From: Marsupella aquatica
Lineage: Eukaryota; Plantae; Marchantiophyta
NCBI GenBank assembly: GCA_973895155.1
Contig: OZ316893.1
Location: 9,735,839 to 9,799,838 of the forward strand
Direction: 5' to 3'
DNA length: 64,000 nucleotides
Shown: positions 37,390 to 50,443 of the stretch, piece after piece
Layout: each line of letters begins with the position of its first letter
Numbering within the stretch: the first letter of the stretch is position 1
Notes under the pieces: generated by a model
Database searches by the model: none
Told to the model about the DNA's origin: nothing
What the model saw: the letters and a program-made list of their open reading frames with translations, nothing else
Position numbers and translations under genes: made by a program

Positions 37390-38479
37390 TTATGCACAGT
37401 AGCAGTGAGCAATATTGACCTCCCACCTTGGTTATTATCCTAATACCAGTTGTTGTGGTCAAGGTTTGAATCGTCGATGAAAGTTTTGTAAGCGGCTCCA
37501 GTCCTAGGTAGTTGTTCTGAGTTTTTCAGTCTGATGATAAAAGGCCCTTGGAGAATGGGTTTCTATATGGCATGGGAGTAAGACTTATAGCAGTAGAATG
37601 AGTACTAATATAGCTGGCGTTGGAGCTTGCAAAGGAAAATTTATTCGCCAAATCCAGACTCCTGCTAGAGTAACTGTATTCGAGACCAATGTTTAAGGAG
37701 AATAGGGCTTTGAGTGTCCCGGGAGTTATCACAAACAGTGGAGTATTGCAAATTGAGTTTTGATACATGCTTCTCATTTGAGTTATAGCATCCTGAAATA
37801 ACATGGTTTACTGGTATCTCTAGACCAACTTTTACGAGAATGGCAATTCTGACCTCGACAGATGCACGTGAATGACACGGGTTTCTTTCCTCGCCTTGTA
37901 TTTTAAAACGCGGAAAAGGCCACCAGTGGTGAACGACACCGTGGATGTCCATGTCGCGAGACACTAGCAAAATCCCCACCACTCGTGAAAACCACAAAAG
38001 GAAAATTCGCAAATTCTTCCAAGTATTTCTGCGAGTAGGCGACAATAGCTCAACTCTAATTGAGGTCATTATACATTCGCGACTCAGCACGTGATGTCTG
38101 TGGCAAGTGATACCAGTTGAAAGTGACCCGTCCATGTACCTAAACCAAGATTCGATGCTTTAACCTTGTTCTTGTTCGAACCTGACCTGCTGAACCAAGA
38201 ATCAGGTGAACCGGTTTATGAGAAATTTTGTATGCTCCTTTGGTTTTTACGTCTATATCACATTGAAGATTTGCATATTTTATTATTTTTTAAATTTCGG
38301 GGTTGTGGAGAAAATCTCTCATATTGGAAATGGAATGGACTTGATTCTCGGATGAACAAGTTCAATTTGGATGGAAACAAATAAAGTGTGTAAACTTAGA
38401 GGAGACGAGCTCTGAGAGCTGACTGAACTGGCAGAGCTGAGAGAGCCTCAACAAGGGTGGAATGCGATTGGGATGGACA

Positions 38480-39095
38480 TGGAGATGTCCATCTTTTTTA
38501 TGTGAACTGCTGTGGATGATTTCGGGGAAGTGCTATGGATTGAAAAATCAGAGTTTTTGGCATCTGTCGGATGGTTGAATCTGGAGGCATTGAGCTCTAC
38601 TCCGCGACTCTTACACTTGCGCAATCGGTGGTGCTTTATGCTGTGGATTGATGCATTGTACGATGACCCCCTATAGACGTGATCAAGTGCAATATGCAGA
38701 TTGATCCGGTCAAATACAACAGCATCTTTGGTGGGTTTGAAACTGCTTATACGGAGGCAGGGATTGCTGGCCTTGTGAGGGGGTGGGTGCCAACTCTGTT
38801 TGGGTACAGCATTCAGGGTGCTGCCAAGCTTGGTTTCTATGAGTTCCTTTAAGTGCTACTACAGAGAAAAGGTTGGGCAACAAACTGCACAGCAGTGTAA
38901 GACCTTGCTTCACCTGTCTGCCTCTGCAGGCAGGCATAGGGCTCTGTCCATTGGAGGCTGTGAAGGTCCACATACAAACCCAATCAGGATATGCGAAGGG
39001 GATATCTGATGGGCTTCCCAATTGCTTGCCTCCAATGGATTTGCCCGTTTGCATGTACGAGGGAATCCTTCCCACTCTGGGGAAGGCAATTTAGG
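38480..39095 (+). pseudogene. Mitochondrial phosphate carrier (MPT/PHT3) pseudogene, intronless, frameshifted, 3'-truncated
   Basis: Across shifting frames: IELYS, CAIGGALCCGL.H..MTP.DVIKCNMQIDPVKY.SIF.GF, GWVPTLFGYSIQGAAKLGFYEF, ALCPLEAVKVHIQTQ.GYAKG.SDGLP. Confidence 0.85.
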
Positions 39096-39169
39096 GTTGT
39101 CATATGCAAACAAGAGGTTCACCAGCCAGGCCATGTGATCACTCCGGCCAAGCATGTTGTCACTGCTAG

Positions 39170-39204
39170 CATTGTTGTTGTTGTTGTTGAATGTTGTTGT
39201 TGTT
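39170..39204 (+). repeat. (GTT)n microsatellite
   Basis: Directly visible, one interruption. Confidence 0.85.
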
Positions 39205-39424
39205 AGTGCACCCCAGTGTTGTGTGTGCAAGCTAGTTTAGTGTGTGGGGAATGAGTTGAAGAATACAAAATAATCATCACAATCAAAACAGAATATTTAA
39301 GATGCTCATTTGTATCTTCAATGTTCACAGGATACAAATGGGCATTATGGACTCGCAAGGGGACCACAAAGGTAGATATAGCCCAATGCTCATATGGTGC
39401 TCCATTGTCACTGGTCATCGTATT

Positions 39425-39645
39425 GTTGTTCCCAATACCTACAAGTTGTTAAACCAGAACTGCACCTATGAAAGAGTTACTGCTTACACTTAGCTCTCAT
39501 TATGAAGTGCACATTGTTCCCAATGCCTACAAGTTGTTAAACCAGAACTGCACCTATGAAAGAGTTACGGCTTACACTTAGCTCTCATTATGAAGTGCAC
39601 AAAAAGAGTTACGGTTTACCCTTAGCTCTCATTATAAAGTGCACA
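39425..39645 (+). repeat. ~88-bp tandem repeat, 2 full copies plus a half copy
   Basis: TTGTTCCCAAT.CCTACAAGTTGTTAAACCAGAACTGCACCTATGAAAGAGTTAC.GCTTACACTTAGCTCTCATTATGAAGTGCAC repeated. Confidence 0.88.
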
Positions 39646-39879
39646 GGTTCATGAATGGGCTTGAACTCCACATAAGGTGGTGAGTGTTCTACCTTGCACT
39701 GGCAAGTGCACCACCTTTTATGGTGAAACACTAATCATCACACGATGCGTAGCGAGGAAGGAATGAGACTTTTATATGGACACTTGTGGTTGATATGATT
39801 AATGTTAGGGCCAAACCAGATACTATGTAGATATGTCACTTAGTCACATTGTATATCGTCTGGCTCATTGTGTGAATTG

Positions 39880-40210
39880 GAGTCAAAGTGGAGATTGTTA
39901 AGAATTGACTCTAGTTTCCGACTTTAGTTAGTTTGGCCTTACTAAGGTTAATTGGCCCTTGGTTAGATTATGATCAAATGCACTTATTTAGGTCCACATA
40001 TCTCAGTTCCCTTTGGGGGGTATAGGTTGGAGGGAGTGCATTATCTCCCTCATTCTTCACATGTATTCTCATATGCACATGTATTCTCATCTGCTATGGA
40101 TACTTCAGGAATTTCTCCACTCGTGGTTTCTTGTCGATGTAATGTGTGATTGAGTGTCTTTCTCATGTTCCGCATTTGCTATCTAGTCTGAGCTGATAAT
40201 TTATTACAAT
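39880..40210 (+). mobile_element. Possible decayed Copia PPT plus 3' LTR remnant
   Basis: TCAAAGTGGAGAT-TGTTAAGAATTGACTC resembles a Copia PPT/LTR junction. No partner LTR found. Confidence 0.35.
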
Positions 40211-42105
40211 ACCACATTTGACAATTGAACGGTTTGGGGCATGGAGCTTAACAAAACATCCAAAACACTTAGTGCGTTTATTGTAAGGAGCATTGAGTTA
40301 TCTTCTACAGTTTTCCAACTATTTTTGGCCAATTAAACATTGCATATGCTTCATCTTAAAGTCCAAATGGGGAGATGTACAATCACTTGCAAGACGGTAA
40401 AAGATTTTTTGGCAGTATATTAAACACTTCTCCTCTATGAAACACATGTAGACACATTTGGGCATGCACGTACAGTTAACTATTTGCTTGGATTCTGTTT
40501 TTATTTTATACTTTTACAAACAATGTATACACTGATAAGACAGGGTTTACCATGCTTTGAATATTTGTGACATTTATAGGAGTAGATTTGACAAGGACCC
40601 CACAATATTTTGCTAGTCTGGCCTAAAAGTTTAATAATTATTAAAGATGGTTGGATCTTAGTCCCAGCAGTTTCAATTTGAGATCGTGGCCTGGTCCAAA
40701 GATGTAGTTACAATGGAGACGGAAGCAATGGGTCAAAAGACAGACCTGGTTTTTACAAAACCTTGAAGTTCATGACTACAAGCATCGCCATTGAATTTTC
40801 CATTACTCAATTATAAAATCAATCAGTGTACATAGGACACAACTAGAGCTTTGATGAAAAACAACTTGATCGGAGACTTGGAAAATTCCAAGATGGGGCC
40901 TACAGTTTTAAAAAATAAACACTTCAAGTTTTTTTATCAAAACCTCTTGTGAGCGGCCGGAGGATGGCTTGTTTGAGGGAACCCCACATTGCATAATTAT
41001 GACCATTGAAAATCATTCCAAATGTCCAAAGTGAAAAACTACTAGCAAGTGCTTCAAATGTTACGTCAATTTAAATTTTGAGGCTACCAAAACGAAAGAA
41101 GAAAACTATTAATCCTGGTTAGGTGGTTTATTTGAAACTTTCAGCTATCTTGTGCTACTAAAATTGAAAAACATCAAGCAAGTGCATACAATTCGCCAAG
41201 ATGGTGAGGCTATACATGACTACGGTATCACTATACACAACCAGAGCACACAATATGAGGTTGGACTAGACTAGACTTATTAGTAGTAACTTGTCAGATG
41301 TCTTTGTAACAACACTCTTAGCAGCTTTTCTTGTGAGGACTCTAAGCCGACACTCCTCTACCAATCAGGCAAAAGCTGCTGGTGCACCACTCCTAGATAA
41401 ATTACAGTGATTTCACTCTATCTAGTTATTGGTTGTTTAATCTAACCTATGATTGAAATTCATTTTAGCACAACAGTATAGAGGCTAAACCAAAGTTTCA
41501 AATTTCCTTTCCCTTTTTTCCAACCACCAGGGGAAAGCCCAACTGTGCCATATTGTAAGTTCTCTAACATATACATAATATTCAATTTCATGTTTGAGAA
41601 ATAATGCAGTCTGCTGTAAACCAAAGCCTGGGTGTCCAACACATCGTCCCTGCCCACCCCCATGGACTGTGTAAACTCATCAACCAGTTTACACCAAAAG
41701 AAACAGTGACTGGTTGCTTTTGGTACCACTTGTAAAGTGTTGGTTTTGTTAGACTTGTCCATTTATTCAGGCAACTTTTAGATCTCTATTTTAAATGAGC
41801 TCAAATTTTGGTTTTGGTGGCATGTTTTTTTATGTCTAATAATGTGCTTGCTTTCAGGTAGAGGGCATAGCAGGCTATTCTGGGTGAAGGAGCAGATCAA
41901 TAGGGAATGGGATGTCTGGCTTGTGTCTGGATAGGATCCAATCTGCTTGGTGGTTGATTCACTTTGGTTCTTTTGATTTCTCTGTGTTGTGCTGGCTTGT
42001 GGTGCCCCTTTGTGTGTGATGGTATGGGCCTGATCTGGCCGTTGAGCCGGGCTGTTTGATCTACTGGTCTCTAGGCTTATTATTCTTGTGTCCCCCTCTT
42101 TTCTG

Positions 42106-42439
42106 TGTTGAACTATTACGTCATTCGCAACGACCATACAACCATGACTCATTCCATGCACACGTAGTCGACACAATCTCTACGTGGTTCACCTCTTCTC
42201 CAAGGCTACGTCCACACGAACACTCAAGCTTTACTTCAAGAGTAGACGGAGACACATGATCTCCCTCTTCCTCAAGTTGCTCCGTTACAATGAGTAAGCA
42301 CACCACACACCAGCGGCTTACACTAGCCCTGGTATATACAAGGTCACACACAACTAACCTAACCTCAGCTAAGACCCTAACTGTGGTTAGCCTAAGTGCC
42401 GTAACCTTTGAGTCACAAGACTAAGAGCAATCCTTAACA
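42106..42439 (-). repeat. 3' LTR of the Copia element
   Basis: TGTTG...TAACA termini; direct repeat of 49689-50020; adjacent PPT. Confidence 0.95.
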
Positions 42440-43875
42440 AACTCCCCCTTGACTCTAGTCTTGGGGACTGCAATTTCTGCTATCCATATGAGATACTCAG
42501 CGGGAAATTCTAGACAATCACCTAAAACCATAGGTGTCCCCCTAAAAACCATTTAAGGTTAACTAAGGGTTAACTAGAATTAAGCCGTAGCCATAACAGG
42601 ATTGAGTAACCCGTATACAAAAATTACATATTGTTAAGTTACTCTCCTAGTGCTGCAAATATAAAATTTGCAAAGTAGCACGGTGCCTTGAGTAACTCTC
42701 CAAAGGAATCACTTTGGTAAAAGCATCAGTCGGGTTGAGCTTTCCATCAATCTTGACTAGCTCAAACATTTTATCAGACACTGCTTGCCTAATAAAATGG
42801 TACCTAATGTCAATGTGCTTCACCCTACTATCCATCACCTGGTTAATAGCTAGGTGAAGCGCACTCTGGCTGTCACAATGAAGAGCCATTTTTCCATGCT
42901 CCAATCCCATCTCAGTGACCAGCTTATCCAACCAAATTGCTTCCTTTGCTGCTTCTGCTGCTGCAACATATTCTGCTTCTGTAGTAGACTGAGATACACA
43001 CTTCTGCAAGGTAGATCTCCAACTTATGCATCCTCTTCCAAGAGTAAACACATACCCACTCGTTGACCTCCTTGTTTCCAGACAGCCTCCATAGTCAGAA
43101 TCTACATAGCCAACCAAAGATTTGGTTTTGTTTGATCTACTATCAAACAACAAACCATAGTCTATTGTGCCCTTAAGATACCTGAGAATCTATTTCACAG
43201 CCTCCCAATGTACCTTCCCTGGATTTGACATGAATCTACTCACTTTGCCCATTGCTAGGGCTAGATCAGGCCTGGTACATGTCATCAAATACATTAGACT
43301 GCCCACTGCCTTCTCATAAGGAACCTTAGTCATCAAGCCTCTCTCCACTGGATCCGTGGGGCACAAAGCCGATGATAACTTGAAATGTGGAGCCAAAAGA
43401 ATACTTACTGACTTACAATTTTCCATGTTGAATCTTGCAAGTACCTTTTCAGCATACTTGCCTTGATTTAGCCACAACTGTCCAGTTTCAAAGTTCCTCG
43501 TAATCTCCATACCTAAGATCCTCTTGGCTTTCCCAAGATCCTTCATTCGGAATTTAGAACTCAATTTTGCTTTGAGTTTGTCAACCTCAGTTTGATCTTT
43601 AGCCGCAATCAACATGTCATCCACATAGAGCACCAGAATGAGCAAACCAAACACACCATTCTTGACTGATTTCGTATACACACAAGGGTCATACACCATC
43701 CTAGTGAATCCTTGTGCAAGCATGAAATCATCAAACCGCTTGTTCCACTACCGAGGAGCTTGCTTCAATCCATACAAGGACTTAAGTAACCTGCAAACTA
43801 AACTCTCTTGGCCCTTCTTCACAAAGCCCAGTGGTTGCCTCATGAAAATTTGTTCCTCCAAGGTGCCATAGAGAA

Positions 43876-45129
43876 CCCTGGGCCCTCAGCGTTACTAATG
43901 CAGGGAGGACGTGCAAACAACGCAAGGGTATTTTTAATGTAATGCAAACTAATTTTTATAATATTTTTTAAAGTAGGCAACATCCATGTATATACATTCA
44001 TCACAATATTAATAATAAGGCTCTTATCAAATACATGTCACATTAATCTTATGCAAGGGTACCTAAAATGCCAAGGACACATGTCACTTATGGTTGGCAG
44101 ACATGTCATCACTTCATTGGCACACATGTCCATATAGTAAATCAGACATTTAATTATTTATCCTCTTAAGGCAAGTTTGGTTTCATGGGCTTGCATGGTA
44201 GACTTGTTTACCGCATGTGTTAAGTTGGGAGTTAAGTAAATGTTGGGCCAGGATTTTGGGGTCCAACTCGTTTGGGGTTCTGGGATTGATGGGGACCCAT
44301 GAATCAATCCCACATAGACAAACAAGATTACTTTTGAATTCCCTTGAATCAAATGGCCAGGTATGAGGCTAGGTGTGTTTGTGTGTGGGGTGGTGTACTC
44401 CCTTGATCATTGGGTTGGGAGGGGTACCCGATGCTCATAGTTGTTTGATTGCAGAGATGGCAGGAAAATTACCCACCATGTCTAAGTAACAATTTCAGCC
44501 AAAGGAGATTTGATGGTATTACTCTCCACAATTTTCAGTAGTCATTTTTTGTATTATTAGTACTTTGTGTCTAGAATATATATGATTAATGTGTGATTTG
44601 ATGTGTCAGGTTGCATGAAAGAAGTTGTCAAAAACTCTACTTATCATTTGGTGTTAATGGTTGATGTCATACCATTCTTAGTCAAGATAGAATAATATAG
44701 CAATTGGAGTTTACATAAGTAGTATATATGCAATTATTCCTCCAAGGATATAGCATAGCATAATAATGCCTTTGTACTAGTTCAGTTTATTTCTATGAGG
44801 TCTACAAGTTACCTGAGTTATAGTCATATACTCTAGGAAGAACTATAAATCTTTAGTACTAATTTTGTTATGATCTATATAAAATATGTATCGTGAACAT
44901 CAGTGTAACATAATATTCCCCTATGCAAAATAGAATCTTTTATGTTTCAATATGATATTTATAATTTTTAAAAATCCAAGGGTTTTTTTAATTCCTTGAA
45001 AAACTCTGTTATAATTTTTTACATTAACAAGGGATTTTTTTTGTGAACAAAAATATTAAGAAGGGGTACACGGGGGGGTGTCTGTTCTCAGGGGGGTTCA
45101 CTTAATATAGTAAGAGTGAGGGTCCAGGG
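43876..45129. mobile_element. Non-autonomous TIR DNA element (1254 bp) nested in the Copia RT
   Basis: 8-bp TSD ATAGAGAA (43868-43875, 45130-45137). About 22-bp imperfect TIR CCCTGG(G/A)CCCTCA...TTACTA. Removing it restores RT motif TAFLYGTLEE. AT-rich, non-coding interior. Confidence 0.92.
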
Positions 45130-48100
45130 ATAGAGAAAAGCAGTAACAACATCCATTTGATCTAACACCAGATCAAAAAACACAACAAGTTGACACAAAA
45201 TTTGTATCATGTTGGCAACTGGAGAGAAGACCTCATTGTAATCCACTCCCTTCTCCTGAGTGAATCCCTTGGCAACAAGCCTTGCCTTATATATCTTGCC
45301 TCCTCCATTTGAAGAGTTGTCCTTCAGCTTGTAAATCCACTTGTTATCCACAACTTGTTGATCACTTGGCAGTTGCACCAACTCCCATGTTTTGTTGTCA
45401 CTTAAAGATTGCAACTCCCTCTGCATCGCTACATTCCATTTATCTTTCTCGTCTGAAATGCACGCCTCATGATATGAAGACGGTTCTCCTTCTTCTAAGA
45501 TCAGTGCTCTGTCATCATCATCAGGTGCAATGTCAACATCATCTAACCTTGATGAATCTATCCATTGTCCATACCTTGTAGGAGCTTGAGTAGTTCGCCT
45601 TGATTTTCTAGCTGATGATTCTGGCTGATCTTGCTCTGTTGGTTGATTTTGAGGTATTCCAACAACAACCTGCTCCTCTTGTTCCATCATCGGAACCAGC
45701 TCCATTATCGGAGCACCTCCTTCAACTATGTCATAAAAACCCTCATGACCAATCTCCCCCTCAACATGGTCCAGGATAGGAGATTTACCTTTGTCAGTAC
45801 AGGAAGTCTGAGCATTCTCCCCCTTCTTTGATGATCTGGTTTCATTAAATGATACATCTCTACTGACAAGCAAGGTACGAGCTCCTGGATCCCATAGCCT
45901 GTAACCTTTCACACCTGATTGATAACCAAGAAAAAGATACTTCTTGGAAGTAGAATCTAGTTTAGATCAATTCTGCTTAGGTGTGAGAGCATATGCATCA
46001 CTTCCAAAGACTCTCAAAACTTGATAGTCTGCGTGCCGTCGATACCTCATTTCAAACGGTGTCTTGAAATTGATTGCACTTGAAGGAGAAAGATTTACCA
46101 AATAAGTGGCCGTATTTATAGCTTCAGCCCAAAATTCATTTGGTAAACCTGATTGGCTCAACATACTCCTCGATCGCTCCAATAGTGTTCGGTTCAGCCG
46201 CTCACAAACACCATTCTGTTGAGGAGTATAAACTGTCGTGAGATGACGAGTAATCCCTTGCTCTGCACAATATAGTTTAAATTCACTTGAACTATACTCC
46301 CCGCCGTTATCTGATCGCAGATATCTCACCTTGGATCCAGTCTGATTCTCAATTTGGGCTTTCCACTTCTTAAAAGTGCCAAAAACTTCAGACTTGGCGT
46401 ATAGAAATATGATCCACACATACCTTAAGTAATCATCAATGAACGTGACATAGTACAATTTTCCAGAAAGTGAGGGAGTTGGGGCTGGACCCCACACATC
46501 ACTATGTACATACTCAAGTATAGCTTTGGTATTGTGAGTTTCAACACCAAAGGTTCTCCTGTGCTGCTTCCCAAGCACACAGTGTTCACAAATATCTAGC
46601 TTAGTAGATTCCAAATTAGAAAGAAGTCCTTTCCTACGAAGTACCGCCAAACCCTTTTCACTCATGTGTCTCAATCTGCAGTACCACAACTGAGTTATCT
46701 CGCATTGAGATCTAGTTACATTGGCTTCTTCACAAATCACGTTGCCCTCCAACAAGTATAGATTCCTGTGCCGCTTACCCTTCATGACAACCTTGCCTCC
46801 GGTTGACACTTGAAGAATACCAGCAGCAGAACTCCACCAACATCCATTTGCTTCCAGCATTCCAAGAGAAATCAAGTTCTCTTTCATGTCAGGTATGTGT
46901 CTGACATTACTCACTGTTCGCACAGCTCCATCAAACATCCGAATTTTCACGGATCCAATTTCAATAATTTGACAAGGATGATCATTCCCCATCAACACAG
47001 AACCGGTTGATACTGAGTAAGAACTAAAAAACTCTTTCATACAACAAATATGATAGGTACAAGCACAGTCTAAAATCCATTCATCACCGTTGTTACTGGA
47101 TGAAATGCAAAGGGCAACATCTTGACTTCACAAGATTTTATCATCAAACAAGTCAATCATATCAACATCAGTGGCTGCGTTCGTTGATGGTTGATGAGTC
47201 TGCTTGACTCGACAGTCTCGTTTCATGTGGCTTGGCTTGTTACATTTCCAACATATAATTGGTTTCCTTTCTAGAGATTTCTCTCTAGACCTAGATCTAG
47301 ACTTAGACCGAGCCTTCTCCTTGCCTCTATTCCGTGAGGGGTATGTTTGTGAAAAAGTTTTGTTTTCGCCAATCATCCGCTGTTGAGTCCTCCCATGATT
47401 CACATTCAATGCACTGCCAGATGAAGATGGTGTCTGGGCATGACCCAGTTTCTTCTGTGCATCATCTGACAGCAAAGAGCTTACCACCTCATCATATGAA
47501 ATGGTTTTGATTCCTCTATACAAGAGAACCTACTTCAAACCTTGATACGATGGGGGTAAGGAACTGAGAAGAAGCAATGCCTTATCTTCATCTTCCACTC
47601 CCTTGCCAAGATTTGACAAATCTATAGCTAGGCTGTCGAATTCATCCAAATGATCTCGAAGCTTGCCTCCTTCTTTTAGCCTCAAGCTCATCAAGAGCGA
47701 CTTCTTGTACAACTGATCTGAGGCATCCTCTCGGTAGTACTTCTCTCTGAGGGCCTTGAATAAGGATACCCAATCCTCATAATCGTCCAGCTTCTTAATG
47801 ATATGCGGCTTCAGATACAGCATAACCGCATTCACAACGATCACTTGCTCCTGCCTCCATTTCCTCAACGGGATCTTTTCCTCACTGCTAGACTCCTCCC
47901 GAGTCGATAGCAAATGATCTAGGCCCATAGCACGAAGAATTCCCTTAACCTGCTTCTCCCATAGCAAATAATTCGTGCGCCCATCATACTTTTCTACCTC
48001 AAACTTGACACCTCCAAACTTGGATGCCATACTTGTCCTCCCAACGTTCTCCACGTGCTATTGTTGTGCTACTCCCTATATTTTTTTGTCGCTTTTTCCT

Positions 48101-49688
48101 TCCTTCCTTCTCGTTGACTCAAAATCCAAATTACAAAAAAATGTCGTTTTTTGCAACTTTCCAAAAAACTTGAAACTTGTCACCGCCACTTAGCCCACCA
48201 ACCTAGCAAGCCAACGCTGAAATCCAAAATCGAAACCGAGTTCGGACGAAAAACTTTTTCACGTTTCGGTCGGGGTGGGTAAAATTCAAAAATTCTCCTC
48301 CGTTTTGACCACCTCGTGGAATAAGAAAAATTCCAAGTACCACCCATCGTCGGAAATGCAAATCGAGTGGTGCACCGCGTTGCTAGCTTCAAGGGCTACG
48401 TTCTCGCCAAAAAAGATCCAAAAAAAGTTATCATTCGGACCTTGGAATCTTTGACTAAAGGCCAAAAAACAGCTCTTTGTTTTTTTTAGAATATTCCTTG
48501 GACTGTGCAACAGGTCTCACATGGGGCCGTTCCCCCTGTCCAAGCGGTTAATTTGGTGGGTCACCGGGCCCGGGTTGTCGCTTAACCAATGAGGATCCTT
48601 GAAAGGATTAAAAAACCAGGCCTAAGGGGGTTTAAGCCCCTTAACACAAAAATACTGTCTTAAAAAAGGCGACGCGTGACGGGCCAGGCAGTGCACGGGG
48701 AGTAAAAAACCAAAACCGAGTCAAAATGGATAGGGATGGAGCTGCGACAGCCGGGACGATCGGGACGTCTGGGACGTCCGTACCGGCTGCGACGTCTGCG
48801 CCGGCCGGGATTTCCAGGACGTCCGCGATGGGAGTATTAGCAAGGAGGAGGAGGGGGTCGCCGATGGGGTATTGACAGGGGTGCAAGGGTTGGGAGGGTG
48901 TGTATACACACCAGGAAAAAGGCCCTATTCTAAGGCAAAATGTGCACAAAAAATAATTTTGTTGGGTTACTCACACTGCCGTTATCACTTTACACCAGAT
49001 AAAGACTAGTTGTCGACGGGAAATGTTACCGAATTGCACCGGCACTGTTTGCAACTCTAGCAGAGTAAAAAAATTCCTGTCACGACTCCTTCACTCCCCG
49101 TCAAGTGTCAATCTTGGACTCAAAATGACCACTGCACCGCGATCTCTCCGTTGAGCCGTTGCACTTCCCATTTCTTCCTCCGAGTCGGATGCAACGACAA
49201 GAAACCCCGCTTCAGTCAAAAGAAGACTCTATAGCCAGTCAGAAACTCAGAACGGCTCTTTTGCTTGGTACATCGCACTCACTACACCCTCGATAGCAAA
49301 CCAGCTACCGAAATGATCAGCTTTGCCCGATCTACGATTTGAGCTAAAGGTTGTGATGCCTCGCGCACCACAAAGCTCACACCGTTGGGAAAACGATCTC
49401 TGTTCCCCCCCACAAGAACCGTCGAAGAAAACCGTCGAACACGAATCACAAAAAATCCAGAACGACGGAAACGTGAATTCCTCCTCACCACGAACTCCGT
49501 TCAGAGATTTCTTTGCACCATCGGAAAGCCCTTACCCCAATCTATCCGTTGAGCCCAACACCTCCAAGTTCCATGCGATAGAACTCCGTGAAATCCACCG
49601 ACTCTAACCGTTGGAAAAACCGTCACCAACACGTCACAAAAATTTTGATCACCTCAACGTCACCTCCCAGGCTTGCTCTGATACCAAT

Positions 49689-50020
49689 TGTTGAACTATT
49701 ACGTCATTCGCAACGACCATACAACCATGACTCATTCCATGCACACGTAGTTGACACAATCTCTACGTGGTTCACCTCTTCTCCAAGGCTACGTCCACAC
49801 GAACACTCAAGCTTTACTTCAAGAGTAGACGAACACACATGCTCTTCCTCTTCCTCAAGTTGCTCCGTTACAATGAGTAAGCACACCACACCAGCGGCTT
49901 ACACTAGCCCTGGTATATACAAGGTCACACATGACTAACCTAACCTCAGTTGAGATCCTAACTGTGGTTAGCCTATGTGCCGTAACCTATGAGTCACAAG
50001 ACTAAGAGCAATCCTTAATA
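49689..50020 (-). repeat. 5' LTR of the Copia element
   Basis: Direct repeat of 42106-42439; adjacent PBS. Confidence 0.95.
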
Positions 50021-50317
50021 TTCTGGCCTCCTGCCATGTTTGCCACCATGGTAGGAGTCGTTCTTGTGTAACTTTTCTTAGCTGGTGCTGCTGATTTCCA
50101 CCTGCCAACTGAAGGGCTTTGTGGCCTATGTTTATACAACTCATATATTCAAAGGAAGGTTCTGCGAGTATTGTTACATTGTAAAGTTCTTTTGTCCATA
50201 CAAGAACCAGTGTCAAATGTTTGCATGTGTCCATCCTAGCTTTGGTAGGCTATGTCTAACATTTCTATCGTGAAGTATTCATGTCCATCTGAGCTTCAAT
50301 AGACTATCTTAAATGTT

Positions 50318-50443
50318 ATTTATTTAATTAAAGGAGAAATCTGTGAAACCCCACAGAAAGGATAGAGTCAGTTACAACACTTGAATCCAAGACCCATCAG
50401 TCATCACTCATACGAGTTACCACTCAGCCATGCCTCTCCAAGC
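50318..50443 (-). mobile_element. tRNA-derived SINE (~126 bp)
   Basis: Minus strand has an A-box-like TGGCTGAGTGG, a B-box-like GGATTCAAGT and an A-rich tail TAATTAAATAAAT. Perfect 12-bp TSD ATCTTAAATGTT (50306-50317, 50444-50455). Confidence 0.8.

Larger units (their letters stand above)
42106..50020 (-). mobile_element. Full-length Ty1/Copia LTR retrotransposon (Tnt1/Tork-like), decayed
   Basis: LTRs 42106-42439 and 49689-50020; TSD TTCTG at 42101-42105 and 50021-50025; PBS TGGTATCAGAGC (tRNA-iMet) at about 49675-49686; PPT AGGGGGAG at about 42442-42449. Gag KFEVEKYDG, knuckle CWKCNKPSHMKRDC, protease WILDCAC, integrase VHSDVWGP/LRSDNGGEY/PQQNG, RT YVDDML, RNase [23 protein letters not shown]. 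Several stops and frameshifts. Confidence 0.97.

Noticed and set aside
37526-38135. Minus-strand ORFs downstream of CCT6
   Set aside because: No motifs; they overlap the probable CCT6 3' UTR and intergenic DNA.
39425-39645. Repeat array considered as CRISPR-like
   Set aside because: Units are contiguous ~88-bp tandem copies with no unique spacers, in a eukaryotic context.
50330-50440. Functional tRNA gene
   Set aside because: No convincing cloverleaf; the TSD and A-rich tail indicate a SINE.
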